Shown here: positions 1 through 9,540 of the stretch, one piece after another
How the letters are laid out: each line of letters opens with the position of its first letter
How positions within the stretch are numbered: position 1 is the first letter of the stretch
DNA from: Candidatus Omnitrophica bacterium UBA6253
Lineage (GTDB): Bacteria; Omnitrophota; Gorgyraeia; Gygaellales; Profunditerraquicolaceae
DNA: 64,000 nt
NCBI GenBank assembly: GCA_002441245.1
Contig: DJVP01000012.1
Coordinates: 47,458 to 111,457, forward strand
Direction: 5' to 3'
The notes under the pieces: model-generated
What the model saw: only the letters and a program-made list of their open reading frames with translations
What the model was told of the DNA's origin: nothing
The model's database searches: none
Program-made: the position numbers and the translations under genes

Positions 1-510
<510 letters not shown>

Positions 511-520
511 TCAACAGGGA

Positions 521-799
521 TTAGAGTGTAACTTGAAAGTCGCGGAATTCGCCGCTTGCCGGCTGCCATTCCGCATCTGCTTCTTTGATATAACGGGAAA
601 AACGCTGATTGATTTGCTCAAGGAAATTACTCAGGGTATTTTCTTCTGCCTCTGCCAATACCTCTACACGGCCGTCGTTTAAATTCTTAACCCAGCCACA
701 AACCTTAAGGGAAGTTGCAATATCTTGAATGGCATAACGGAAACCTATACCCTGGACCTTGCCTGAATAATAAATATGCAGGTGCTTTTTCATAACCAT
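521..799 (-). CDS. acyP: acylphosphatase
   Basis: 92 aa with the VQGIGFR signature at the N-terminus. Size and motifs are typical of acylphosphatase. Confidence 0.85.
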   Translation of the reverse strand: MVMKKHLHIYYSGKVQGIGFRYAIQDIATSLKVCGWVKNLNDGRVEVLAEAEENTLSNFLEQINQRFSRYIKEADAEWQPASGEFRDFQVTL

Positions 800-829
800 A
801 CCCCTTGCGCATACTTACCCGCAGGGATT

Positions 830-854
830 TACTTGCTTGCTTTGCAAGCAAGTA
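830..854. repeat. perfect 11-3-11 palindrome tacttgcttgc-ttt-gcaagcaagta (possible operator or hairpin)
   Basis: Read directly from the sequence. It lies between tRNA-Pro and the acyP start. Confidence 0.6.
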
Positions 855-964
855 TTTCGCCAACAATTTATAATTTATTCCTTGCTCACACTTGTTCCTA
901 ATGATTAAATTCGACCAGCAAACTTATGTTCGCTCTCGCTCCATTAGTTTGGGCCTCGTTTAAT

Positions 965-1039
965 TCGGGGCGACAGGACTTGAACCTGTGACCTCTTGAA
1001 CCCCATTCAAGCGCTCTAGCCAAACTGAGCCACGCCCCG
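965..1039 (-). tRNA. tRNA-Pro (anticodon GGG)
   Basis: The reverse complement folds as a cloverleaf: acceptor CGGGGCG/CGCCCCG with the Pro-typical C1:G72, D-stem GCTC/GAGC, anticodon stem CTTGA/TCAAG with loop AUGGGGU (U33, anticodon GGG), T-stem ACAGG/CCTGT with loop TTCAAGT. 75 nt, no encoded CCA. Confidence 0.8.
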
Positions 1040-1149
1040 TATTGCATCTTGCATCAACGCAATTTTCACACCAGTGAGCACTGGCGCAATCCAAATAAGC
1101 ACCAGGTGCCATATTAACGTTAGGTGCTACAAAATACCTAATTCAAAAT

Positions 1150-1178
1150 AGTATACCAGAAATTTATAGACTTCGCAA
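1150..1178 (-). promoter_or_regulatory. sigma70-like promoter (TTGCGA-17 nt-TATACT) about 110 nt upstream of tRNA-Pro
   Basis: -35 and -10 hexamers with a 17-nt spacer read on the minus strand, just downstream of the ribE stop. Confidence 0.35.
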
Positions 1179-1190
1179 TAACAGAAAGAA

Positions 1191-1766
1191 TTATATTGCA
1201 GCTTTTTTAGCGAGGATGTCGAATTCTACATTCAACTTATCAGACGGGCCCTTAAAACTTAAGGTAGTATTCTTAAGGGTATGAGGAATAACATAAACAC
1301 TAAGAATATTCGCACGCCTTTGCGCTAAAGTCAGGCTTATCCCATCTAATGATATCGAGCCCTTAGGCAAACAATAACGGATGAAACCGGCAGGGATTAC
1401 AACTTCAAAAACCAAGTTGGCGCTGCGTATTGCTTTACTCCGTATCAAACCCAGGCAATCAATATGTCCGCTGACAAAATGCCCGGATAATCTATCCCCC
1501 AGTTTAAGGCTGCGCTCAAGGTTTACCTCTTCACCGATTTTGAGCAACCCAAGATTTGTCTTTTTAAAAGTTTCAGCCATAATTTCAAAACTAAACGAAT
1601 TACTGCTAATAGAAGTTGCCGTAAGGCATACCCCGTTAACCGCAACGCTATCCCCAACCAGGGTATCCTGCAGGGTTTTCTGGGCCAGGACCTCAAAGGC
1701 CATAATCCTGCCTGAACGCATAACTCTTTTAACTTTGCCTAATTCCTCGATTATACCCGTAAACAT
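1191..1766 (-). CDS. ribE: riboflavin synthase alpha subunit
   Basis: 191 aa, starts MFTGIIEELG, with the duplicated lumazine-binding half-domains. Its start overlaps the ribD stop. Confidence 0.9.
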   Translation of the reverse strand: MFTGIIEELGKVKRVMRSGRIMAFEVLAQKTLQDTLVGDSVAVNGVCLTATSISSNSFSFEIMAETFKKTNLGLLKIGEEVNLERSLKLGDRLSGHFVSGHIDCLGLIRSKAIRSANLVFEVVIPAGFIRYCLPKGSISLDGISLTLAQRRANILSVYVIPHTLKNTTLSFKGPSDKLNVEFDILAKKAAI

Positions 1767-2860
1767 TATTTTATATTTGCCTCAATGAGCAAATCTTCTG
1801 CAAAATGCCGAATCTTCACCCGGCACAGCTTTATTGCCTGATCCGGACGCTTTACCCCTCTGCCCATTACAGAAGAAACCGCATTTTTCCCCCCGATAAT
1901 CTTAGGGCTGATAAAGAATAATATCTTATCCACCAACCTATCATCAAATAAGGAACCAATAAGCGTTCCTCCGCCTTCAACAATAATATTACTGATTTTT
2001 AATCGTGCTAATTTCTTAAGCGCATCGCGTAAATTAATCTGGCCATCCTTTTCCTTAACCTCAAGGATCATGGCTTTAGCGGATAAGTTCTTGCGATTTT
2101 CTGTCTCTTGGCCTGGCCGGCTAGGTAAAGTAACAATAATTACCTTGCTTGCCCCCAAGAAAATATTGGCATTTTCAGGCGTGCTTAAATTACTATCAAT
2201 AATTATCTTGACTAGCTGTTTCTGAGATGGCACAGCATTAAGGCGAGGATTATCACGCAATACAGTATTTACCCCCACCATAATCGCGTCATAATCCCTG
2301 CGTATCTTATGCGCAAAAACTCGCGATTTATCCGAAGTAATCCATTTGGAATCACCGGTAAAAGTAGCGATGCGCCCATCCAGAGACTCGGCAACTTTAA
2401 CAGTAATGAAAGGCAAACCAGCAGAGATATATTTTACAAAACCCTCATTAATCCTTCTTAATTGTTCACCTAAAACCCCTGACCTTACCTTGATATTACT
2501 TTGCTTAAGCAATAAAATACCCTTGCCATTATTTAAAGGGTTGGGGTCAATCATACCGACAACTACCTCTTTTATGCCGCTCTGAATTATGCGGTTAACG
2601 CACGGCGGGGTGCGGCCAGTATGGGCGCACGGCTCAAGCGTAACATATAAAACAGCCCCTTTGGCCTTTCTGCCTGCTTCATCCAAAGCAATAATCTCCG
2701 CATGTGCCAAGCCGGCCTTGGCATGAAAACCTTTGCCGATAATCTTTCCCGACTTTACCACTAATGCGCCTACTAAAGGATTAGGAGAAGTTTTGCCCTT
2801 CGCCTTAAGGGCTAATTTTAAAGCTAACCCCATATAGTATTCATCAGTTTTCTTGATCAT
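1766..2860 (-). CDS. ribD: bifunctional diaminohydroxyphosphoribosylaminopyrimidine deaminase / 5-amino-6-(5-phosphoribosylamino)uracil reductase
   Basis: 364 aa with the CMP/dCMP deaminase zinc motif HAE...PCxxC (HAEIIAL...EPCAHTGRTPPC), followed by the reductase domain. Confidence 0.9.
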   Translation of the reverse strand: MIKKTDEYYMGLALKLALKAKGKTSPNPLVGALVVKSGKIIGKGFHAKAGLAHAEIIALDEAGRKAKGAVLYVTLEPCAHTGRTPPCVNRIIQSGIKEVVVGMIDPNPLNNGKGILLLKQSNIKVRSGVLGEQLRRINEGFVKYISAGLPFITVKVAESLDGRIATFTGDSKWITSDKSRVFAHKIRRDYDAIMVGVNTVLRDNPRLNAVPSQKQLVKIIIDSNLSTPENANIFLGASKVIIVTLPSRPGQETENRKNLSAKAMILEVKEKDGQINLRDALKKLARLKISNIIVEGGGTLIGSLFDDRLVDKILFFISPKIIGGKNAVSSVMGRGVKRPDQAIKLCRVKIRHFAEDLLIEANIK

Positions 2861-3672
2861 CCTCTAACCTGGCGTAACTTTTCCACCAGCTCAATAGGTA
2901 TTTTAACCGCCCCTAATTTTATGTCAGGTTTTACACTACCGTGAAAATCCGAGCCTCCGGTAACTAAAAGATTGAGTTTTTTAGCCAAATCCAGATAAAA
3001 ATTAACCATAGACTGGGAATGCTCAGGATAATAAGCCTCTATGCCCTGCAATCCACAATCAACAAGTTCAGCAATCAATTCATCATTATGCAATATATAT
3101 GGATGCGCCAAAACAGCTACTCCCCCGGCGCCCTTAATCAGATTTATTGCCTCAGCAGGAGAAAGGCTAAAACCCAGAACATAGGCCGGAGATTTATCTC
3201 CTATATATTTTCGAAACGCCTCAGCAGTAGTAGTAACCCGGCCCATCTTAACTAACGCTTTAGCAATATGCATCCTGCCTACGGTACCTTTCCCGGAAAT
3301 ATCAAAAACATCCTGGGCATTAAGCTTTACCCCCTGCTCCCCTAGATTACTTACAATCTTATGCACGCGCTCAATGCGGTTAAGCTGGACTAAACTTAGT
3401 TTCTCAAGCAATGCCTTATTTTGACAATCCAGAAAATACCCAAGCAGATGAATCTCCTGCTTCTCATATTGGGCGGTCAACTCTATACCGGCGATAACCT
3501 CTAAATCCTCCCCCTGCGCCGCGGCCATTGCCTCAGGAATTCCAGCCACTGTATCATGATCAGTTATAGCAATAGCTGAAAGGCCCCGGCAGAGCGCCTC
3601 CCTGACTAATTGCCTGGGCGTCAATGTGCCGTCGCTCTCGGAGGTATGCACATGCAGATCAGCGTATCTCAT
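2857..3672 (-). CDS. PHP-domain phosphoesterase (TrpH/YciV-like)
   Basis: 271 aa; the N-terminal HVHTSESDG motif and several His/Asp metal ligands are typical of PHP-family phosphatases. Embedded between nusB and ribD. Confidence 0.8.
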   Translation of the reverse strand: MRYADLHVHTSESDGTLTPRQLVREALCRGLSAIAITDHDTVAGIPEAMAAAQGEDLEVIAGIELTAQYEKQEIHLLGYFLDCQNKALLEKLSLVQLNRIERVHKIVSNLGEQGVKLNAQDVFDISGKGTVGRMHIAKALVKMGRVTTTAEAFRKYIGDKSPAYVLGFSLSPAEAINLIKGAGGVAVLAHPYILHNDELIAELVDCGLQGIEAYYPEHSQSMVNFYLDLAKKLNLLVTGGSDFHGSVKPDIKLGAVKIPIELVEKLRQVRG

Positions 3673-4085
3673 TTTTCTTTCTCGATTTTTATTTGATCCA
3701 ATATGGCGTTGACAAACTTGCCAGATTCAGATCCAGAATATTTCTTGGCCAGCTCCACAGCTTCATTTATTGTTACTTTCGGCGGGATATCTTCGCGAAA
3801 AATTAGCTCAAAACAACCTAAGCGCATAATATTACGATCCACAAATGCCATACGCTCAAGCTGCCAGTTTGCAGCGTATTTACTGATTTTCTTATCAATC
3901 TCCTGCATATGCTCGACTACTCCACCAAGCAGCCCCGAGGAAAAATCTTTAAGTTCATCGGAAACGTTTTCTTGTTCGCCAGACTCCCAAAAACTTTTTA
4001 GAGCCTCCTGCCAATTGCCCCGGGTAATATCCACCTGGTAGAGCATTTGCAATACATATTCTCTGGCCTTAGTTCTTTTTCTCAT
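3669..4085 (-). CDS. nusB: transcription antitermination factor NusB
   Basis: 138 aa, AREYVLQMLYQVD N-terminus. The conserved ribH-nusB adjacency is present. Confidence 0.9.
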   Translation of the reverse strand: MRKRTKAREYVLQMLYQVDITRGNWQEALKSFWESGEQENVSDELKDFSSGLLGGVVEHMQEIDKKISKYAANWQLERMAFVDRNIMRLGCFELIFREDIPPKVTINEAVELAKKYSGSESGKFVNAILDQIKIEKEK

Positions 4086-4105
4086 AGATAGGAATAAACT
4101 ATTAA

Positions 4106-4573
4106 CTACTTCAGCTGCCCTGTTAAATTAACCATCTCGATAGCCGAAAGCGCCGCATCGCGGCCCTTATTGCCATCTTTAGAGCCTGCGCGCTCTACTG
4201 CCTGTTCAATGTTATCTGCGGTAATTATACCAAAGATAACCGGAATTCCGCTATCCAAAGAAACTTTGGCTACGCCTTTTGCTACTTCAGAAGCAATATA
4301 ATCAAAATGCGGAGTAGCCCCGCGGATAACTGTACCCAGACAAATCAAGGCGTCAAACGATTTGGTTTTAGCCATCTTCTGAGCAATCACAGGAACTTCA
4401 AACGCCCCGGGAACCCAGGCCACAGTAATATTCTTATCATCTGCGCCATGCCTCACCAAGGTATCAATACAGCCGCTTACCAGCTCCTTAGTCATAAAAT
4501 CATTAAACCGTGAAGCCACTAACCCGAAAGATTTTCCTTTTGCCAATAAATTACCTTCAATTACTTTTACCAT
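4106..4573 (-). CDS. ribH: 6,7-dimethyl-8-ribityllumazine synthase
   Basis: 155 aa; the N-terminal [19 protein letters not shown] matches lumazine synthase. Confidence 0.9.
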   Translation of the reverse strand: MVKVIEGNLLAKGKSFGLVASRFNDFMTKELVSGCIDTLVRHGADDKNITVAWVPGAFEVPVIAQKMAKTKSFDALICLGTVIRGATPHFDYIASEVAKGVAKVSLDSGIPVIFGIITADNIEQAVERAGSKDGNKGRDAALSAIEMVNLTGQLK

Positions 4574-4624
4574 TTTGCTCTCCCTTCGTTTTTGTTCGTT
4601 CTTTCTATATTCTATCTACCCTCT

Positions 4625-5833
4625 CTAAATGTCTATCTGGTGCCCTAGTTTTTCTTTTTTTGTCTTAAGGTATTTATAATTCTGAGCGTTAGGCTCAATC
4701 TCTAAAGGAACACGCTCAGAAACCTTAAGGCCATATCCTTGCAGACCAACAATTTTACGCGGATTATTAGTCAGTAATCTTATCTGTTTAATACCTAAAT
4801 CTACCAAAATCTGGGCGCCAATACCATAATCGCGCAGGTCGGCTTTATGCCCTAAGGCTTCATTTGCCTCAACCGTATCCATTCCTTTATCCTGAAGGTT
4901 ATAAGCACGCAGCTTCTCTACTAATCCTATACCCCGGCCCTCCTGATTCATATAAAGGACTACGCCTTTTTTTTCAAGAGAGATCATCTGCATGGCCTTT
5001 TCTAACTGCCTGCCGCAATCACAGCGCAATGAACCAAAGACATCCCCCGTCAAACACTCTGAATGCACGCGCACCAATATTGCTTCGCTTGACCAGTTAC
5101 CCATACAAAGCGCAATATGCGTCTGATTACTGGTCTTATCACAGTAAATAATTAACCTGAACTCTCCAAATTTAGTAGGCAATTTAGTTTCAACTATGGC
5201 CTCAACCAGCTTCTCTTTCCTGCGGCGATATTCAATAAGGCTGGCAATAGTGCAAATCTTTAACGCATGTTTATTGGCAAATTCCAAAAGCTGCGGCAAG
5301 CGTGCCATAGAGCCATCGTCATTCATAATCTCGCAAATCACTCCTGCCGGATAAAGGCCGGCAAGACGCATCAAATCTAAACTTGCTTCCGTATGCCCTG
5401 CCCTGACTAAAACACCGCCGCGCCGTGAACGCAAAGGAAAAATATGCCCGGGACGCGCCAAATCCTCCGGCCTGCTTTGACCGTTAATTAAAACCTCGAT
5501 TGTCCGGGCCCGGTCATAAGCAGAGATTCCCGTAGTTACCCCTTTAGCAGCATCAACAGAAATCATCCAGGCAGTCTTAAAAGGATCTTCTGTATTGGCC
5601 TGCAGGGTATTCTTAAGCATGGGATCAAGTTCTAATAAACGCAATCTTTCCTCCTCCATAGGCACGCAAATAAGCCCACGGCCAAATTTGGCCATAAAAT
5701 TTATATCTTCGGGTTTAACAAATGAAGACGCCATTATCAGGTCACCCTCATTCTCACGGTCCTCATCATCAACCACTATAACCATCTTGCCTGCTTTTAA
5801 ATCTTCAATAATATCGGATATATTGTTGAACAT
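4625..5833 (-). CDS. ribBA: bifunctional 3,4-dihydroxy-2-butanone-4-phosphate synthase / GTP cyclohydrolase II
   Basis: 402 aa with an N-terminal DHBP synthase domain ([13 protein letters not shown]) and a C-terminal GTP cyclohydrolase II zinc motif (CxCGxxxxC: [11 protein letters not shown]). Confidence 0.9.
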   Translation of the reverse strand: MFNNISDIIEDLKAGKMVIVVDDEDRENEGDLIMASSFVKPEDINFMAKFGRGLICVPMEEERLRLLELDPMLKNTLQANTEDPFKTAWMISVDAAKGVTTGISAYDRARTIEVLINGQSRPEDLARPGHIFPLRSRRGGVLVRAGHTEASLDLMRLAGLYPAGVICEIMNDDGSMARLPQLLEFANKHALKICTIASLIEYRRRKEKLVEAIVETKLPTKFGEFRLIIYCDKTSNQTHIALCMGNWSSEAILVRVHSECLTGDVFGSLRCDCGRQLEKAMQMISLEKKGVVLYMNQEGRGIGLVEKLRAYNLQDKGMDTVEANEALGHKADLRDYGIGAQILVDLGIKQIRLLTNNPRKIVGLQGYGLKVSERVPLEIEPNAQNYKYLKTKKEKLGHQIDI

Positions 5834-5845
5834 AGATCGACCCCC

Positions 5846-5877
5846 ATAAAAAAACAGCCCAAAGATAATCTTTGGGC
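5846..5877 (-). terminator. intrinsic terminator / attenuator of the FMN riboswitch
   Basis: The minus strand reads GCCCAAAGA-uua-UCUUUGGGC followed by UGUUUUUUUAU, placed between the riboswitch aptamer and the ribBA ATG. Confidence 0.6.
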
Positions 5878-5890
5878 GTATTAATTTTAA

Positions 5891-6113
5891 TCTTTTCCCA
5901 TCTGGACTTTCGCATGCAGAAGACTACGCCTCGCGCTAATTTGAATTGCGCGGCTGGCCATTCGCATGTCACCATCGGCCCTGGAATCTCACCAGATCTG
6001 CTGGCACTAAAGTCTAGCGTCAGCTCGCGGGCTTTTTCATCCAAACTTATTTGATAGTTTGGTAGGCGCTTCTGCGCGACCGCCGGTAAGGATTTTCACC
6101 TTGCCCCAAAGAT
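5891..6113 (-). promoter_or_regulatory. FMN riboswitch (RFN element) aptamer
   Basis: The minus strand carries GGGGCAAGGTGAAAATCCTTACCGGCGGT...AAGCCCGCGAGC...GGTGAGATTCCAGGGCCGATGGTGA...GAAAGTCCAGATGGGAAAAG. These match the conserved RFN blocks (GGGGCAGGGTGAAATTCCCGACCGGCGGT / GCCGACAGTGAAAGTCTGGATGGGAGAAGG) recalled from the B. subtilis ribD leader. Confidence 0.75.
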
Positions 6114-6145
6114 TAATTGTTCTTATTTTAGCAGAAAAACCGGGC

Positions 6146-6174
6146 TTGTCAATATAATTAAAAACGGTTATAAT
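6146..6174 (+). promoter_or_regulatory. sigma70-like promoter (TTGTCA-17 nt-TATAAT) for cinA-thpR
   Basis: Near-consensus hexamers with a 17-nt spacer immediately upstream of the cinA start at 6182. Confidence 0.45.
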
Positions 6175-6181
6175 AGTAATA

Positions 6182-6658
6182 ATGCCCGATAAAACATTAA
6201 CCAAAATACACAACAAACTACTTAAACAGGGAAAAACTATCGCTGTAGCCGAATCCTGCACCGGAGGCATGCTTTGCGGCCAGTTAACTAAAAAACCGGG
6301 AGCCTCGGGTTATTTCCTTCTGGGAATAGTTGTTTACAGTAATAAATCCAAAGAAAAAATACTGCAAATTCCCGCAAAACTTATCACTAAATACGGTGCC
6401 GTCTCCAGCCAGGTTGCAATATCAATGGCCAGAAACATCCGTAAAATATCAAACGCAAATTTAGGCATCAGTATAACCGGCCTGGCCGGTCCGGCTGGCG
6501 CAACCGTCAATAAACCAATAGGTACTGTCTTTATCTGCCTTTCCCTGAAGGACAAAAGCATCTGCCGGAAATTTTCTTTTCTGGGCAGCCGGCAAATTAT
6601 CCGCAAGAAAACAATTCAAGAGGCTTTGCGTTTATTATGCGCGCATTTATCGCCATAG
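6182..6658 (+). CDS. pncC: CinA C-terminal domain protein / nicotinamide-nucleotide amidohydrolase
   Basis: 158 aa; TIAVAESCTGGMLCGQLT is the CinA_C signature. Confidence 0.8.
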   Translation: MPDKTLTKIHNKLLKQGKTIAVAESCTGGMLCGQLTKKPGASGYFLLGIVVYSNKSKEKILQIPAKLITKYGAVSSQVAISMARNIRKISNANLGISITGLAGPAGATVNKPIGTVFICLSLKDKSICRKFSFLGSRQIIRKKTIQEALRLLCAHLSP

Positions 6659-7281
6659 AACTTCCAAAAGAAATTAAAGGTTTCCTTTCCGGGATACAGG
6701 ATAATTTAAAAATTGAGCTCTCTAAGCTTTTATCTAGCGAAATCCTTGCGCATAACACAAAGACATTGGCCTCTAGAATAAAGATGGGTAATGGCCACGA
6801 AGGTATTAACTGGACCAAGCCTCAAAACCTTCACCTCACCTTAAAGTTCCTTGGGGATATCTCTTTTGAACAGCTAGCCCAGGTCAAAGAAATAATAGCA
6901 GGAATATCAAAGATGCCTTCCAGATTTAAAATTAAGCTGGATACCCTGGGAGTTTTCCCTGATGCGCATGCCCCACGCATAATTTGGATAGGAGCTGATC
7001 AGCCACCCTTAGAGCTTAAGGAATTTGAGGAAATCTTAGAAACAAGGCTTTCAGATTCAGGAATACCATTGCAGCGGCGGCATTTCTGCGCGCATATTAC
7101 AATCGGCCGCATAAGATCATGCCTTTCCCCTTCTGACTTAAAAAAAACTCTTGATAAAATTGAAAATGATATAATTAATGCAAGCCGGGAATTTGAATGC
7201 GGAAAGGTTACTCTATTTGAAAGCGCGCTTGGCCCAAGCGGGCCAACTTATACAGCCCTAGAAAGGTTTAAGATTACATGA
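6637..7281 (+). CDS. thpR: RNA 2',3'-cyclic phosphodiesterase (2H phosphoesterase, LigT/ThpR)
   Basis: 214 aa with two HxT/SxG motifs (HLTLKFLG and HITIGR). Confidence 0.8.
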   Translation: MRAFIAIELPKEIKGFLSGIQDNLKIELSKLLSSEILAHNTKTLASRIKMGNGHEGINWTKPQNLHLTLKFLGDISFEQLAQVKEIIAGISKMPSRFKIKLDTLGVFPDAHAPRIIWIGADQPPLELKEFEEILETRLSDSGIPLQRRHFCAHITIGRIRSCLSPSDLKKTLDKIENDIINASREFECGKVTLFESALGPSGPTYTALERFKIT

Positions 7282-7721
7282 AGCACGATACTAGCATAGG
7301 CACCTGCTACTAAATCATCCCCCATCACTCCTATTGCCCCATGCAAATTCTGCAACCTTCCCGCGGGAAAAGGCTTAAGCATATCAAGAATGCGGAATAT
7401 AATAAAGGCTAAAAAGACTATCTTGGGTTCAGGCGGCAAAAAACAAAGGGCAATAAGCATACCCATTACCTCATCGATAACAATACATCCCGGGTCTTTC
7501 TTATTAAGCAGTTTTTCCGCTCTTCCGCTGGTTAATACCCCTAAGACCATTATACAAAAAAGAAACAAAAAATAACTGCTCCGGCTGCTGCCGGCAAGTA
7601 AATAAAATATGCCTACCCCGGCGATACTGCCGAATGTCCCCGGGATCAAAGGCAGATATCCGATAAAAAAGAACGTGCTGATTGCTTTAATCAATAAATC
7701 TCCCAGCGCAGTAAACCTCAT
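7248..7721 (-). CDS. pgpA: phosphatidylglycerophosphatase A
   Basis: The PGTFGSIAG motif is present. Start is set at the internal Met (MRFTALG), whose ATG overlaps the pgsA stop as ATGA; the ORF track extends to 7835. Confidence 0.7.
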   Translation of the reverse strand: MRFTALGDLLIKAISTFFFIGYLPLIPGTFGSIAGVGIFYLLAGSSRSSYFLFLFCIMVLGVLTSGRAEKLLNKKDPGCIVIDEVMGMLIALCFLPPEPKIVFLAFIIFRILDMLKPFPAGRLQNLHGAIGVMGDDLVAGAYASIVLHVILNLSRAV

Positions 7722-8296
7722 AGGCGGGTAATTATCTTGCGGTTTTCCCAAAGGTAGGACAGTCCGGAATAAAGGGTCAGCCCCACAGTGAGCAACATAA
7801 GGAAAAATATACCCTGGCGGAAAATATTCTCCCAAGCGGGATTCCAGGTAGAATATTTAAGCACTATTTCTTTAAGCAGAATAAAACCAAGAATAGTAAA
7901 TATAACTGCCATCTGCAAAACTGTTTTGTGTTTTCCGGCGCGCGCAGCAGAAAGCACCTTGCCTTTATTTAAGGCAAACAGGCGCAAAGAAGTAATCATG
8001 ATTTCACGTGCAATAATAATCACAAACATCCAGGCATCAATCAGCTGCAACTGCACAAATGCCGCAAAGGCCGCCAGTACCAGGATTTTATCGGCGATAG
8101 GATCCATGAGCCTACCAAAATCTGTAACCATATTCCTGCGTTGGGCAATCATGCCATCAAAGAGATCAGACAGCGCCGCAAGGATAAAAACGATTAAACT
8201 GGCTACCTTAGGCCAAAGCCCCTGGCAAAATAAAAAGAACATAAATACAAAAGTTAATAGAATTCGCGACATGGTCAAACGATTAGCAAGATTCAT
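7718..8296 (-). CDS. pgsA: CDP-diacylglycerol--glycerol-3-phosphate 3-phosphatidyltransferase
   Basis: 192 aa with the CDP-alcohol phosphatidyltransferase motif D-x2-DG-x2-AR...G...D-x3-D (DLFDGMIAQRRN...DPIADK). Confidence 0.85.
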   Translation of the reverse strand: MNLANRLTMSRILLTFVFMFFLFCQGLWPKVASLIVFILAALSDLFDGMIAQRRNMVTDFGRLMDPIADKILVLAAFAAFVQLQLIDAWMFVIIIAREIMITSLRLFALNKGKVLSAARAGKHKTVLQMAVIFTILGFILLKEIVLKYSTWNPAWENIFRQGIFFLMLLTVGLTLYSGLSYLWENRKIITRL

Positions 8297-9540
8297 TGTA
8301 CAGCCTCCCCGACTAAGTCATACTCTAAGGTATCTGTTATTCTAACTTCTGCAAACTCACCTTCTTTTAACGGGCGCCTAGCATTCACATAAACCAACCC
8401 GTCTACTTCCGGGGCATCTGCCTGACTGCGCCCGATATATGCGCCATCTTGTTTTTCTTCAATAAGTACACGCACGCTCTTACCCAAAAACTTGCTATTT
8501 ACAGCAGTAGCTACTTTCTGCTGTTCAGCCATGATAATATCAAACCTGGACTGTTTTAACCTCCGGCTAACCTGCCCTTTAAAACTATATGCAGGAGTTT
8601 CTTTTTCCCGGGAATAAATAAAAGCTCCTAACCTCTCAAATTTTACTTCCCTGACAAAACTCAACAACTCTTTAAACTCTTTATCTGTCTCTGAAGGAAA
8701 ACCAACGATAAGCGAAGTACGTAAACATACCCCAGGTATAACCTTTCTGATCTTTTCAATTAAAGAAATTATTTCTTTCTTAGTAACCTTGCGGTTCATG
8801 AGCTTTAGTATGCGATTATTGATATGCTGTATAGGTAAATCAATGTATTTGCATACCTGATCATGCGAACTGATTAACTCAAGCAGCTCATCACTTATGC
8901 GTTCAGGATTTAGATATAAAAGACGGATCCATCCAATATCAGGGGCATTACGGATTATTTTACCTAAAAGCACAGCTAAGCTTCCCCTGCCAGATAAATC
9001 CAACCCGAAACCCGTGATATCCTGCCCAATAATATTAAGCTCGGAGATTTTTTCCCGGTTAAAATCCTTAACCTTCCGAATAATCGATTTCTCATCCAGG
9101 CTGACGAACTTACCTTTAATTTTAGGGATAATACAATAACTACAGCTATTCACGCAGCCTTCGCAGATTTTTAAATACGCATAATGCTTCGGAGTTAATG
9201 CAAACCTTTTTGCCTCATGGTTAAGCCCAAGTGTACCCACAAAGGCATCTACCTCCGGCAGTTCTTTATTTAAATTTTTGTAACGCTGCGCAAGGCACCC
9301 ATAGACAATTATCTTCTTGAGCTTACCATTCTTTTTAAGTTCTATCAGATCAAGTATGGCATCAACTGATTCCCGCCTGGCCTCTTCAATAAATGCACAA
9401 GTATTGACCAAGGCAACTTCCGCCTCAGCCATATCATCAACTATAAAATAACCTTTGTAATTTAGCCTGCCGGCCAGGCTCTCGGCATCCACCAGGTTCC
9501 TCGGGCAACCTAAAGCTAATATCCCCAGCCTCTGCTTCAT
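8293..9540 (-). CDS. rimO: ribosomal protein S12 methylthiotransferase (radical SAM, MiaB/RimO family)
   Basis: 415 aa: N-terminal MTTase domain (LGCPRNLVDAE), radical-SAM CxxxCxxC (CEGCVNSCSYC), and a C-terminal TRAM domain. Confidence 0.75.
   Translation of the reverse strand: MKQRLGILALGCPRNLVDAESLAGRLNYKGYFIVDDMAEAEVALVNTCAFIEEARRESVDAILDLIELKKNGKLKKIIVYGCLAQRYKNLNKELPEVDAFVGTLGLNHEAKRFALTPKHYAYLKICEGCVNSCSYCIIPKIKGKFVSLDEKSIIRKVKDFNREKISELNIIGQDITGFGLDLSGRGSLAVLLGKIIRNAPDIGWIRLLYLNPERISDELLELISSHDQVCKYIDLPIQHINNRILKLMNRKVTKKEIISLIEKIRKVIPGVCLRTSLIVGFPSETDKEFKELLSFVREVKFERLGAFIYSREKETPAYSFKGQVSRRLKQSRFDIIMAEQQKVATAVNSKFLGKSVRVLIEEKQDGAYIGRSQADAPEVDGLVYVNARRPLKEGEFAEVRITDTLEYDLVGEAVQ

Noticed and set aside
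5805-6054. Two small ORFs (79 aa minus, 60 aa plus)
   Set aside because: They lie entirely within the FMN riboswitch and its terminator.
6037-6270. 77-aa minus-strand ORF
   Set aside because: It overlaps the cinA promoter and the start of cinA. It has no Shine-Dalgarno, and a real gene on the other strand explains the region.
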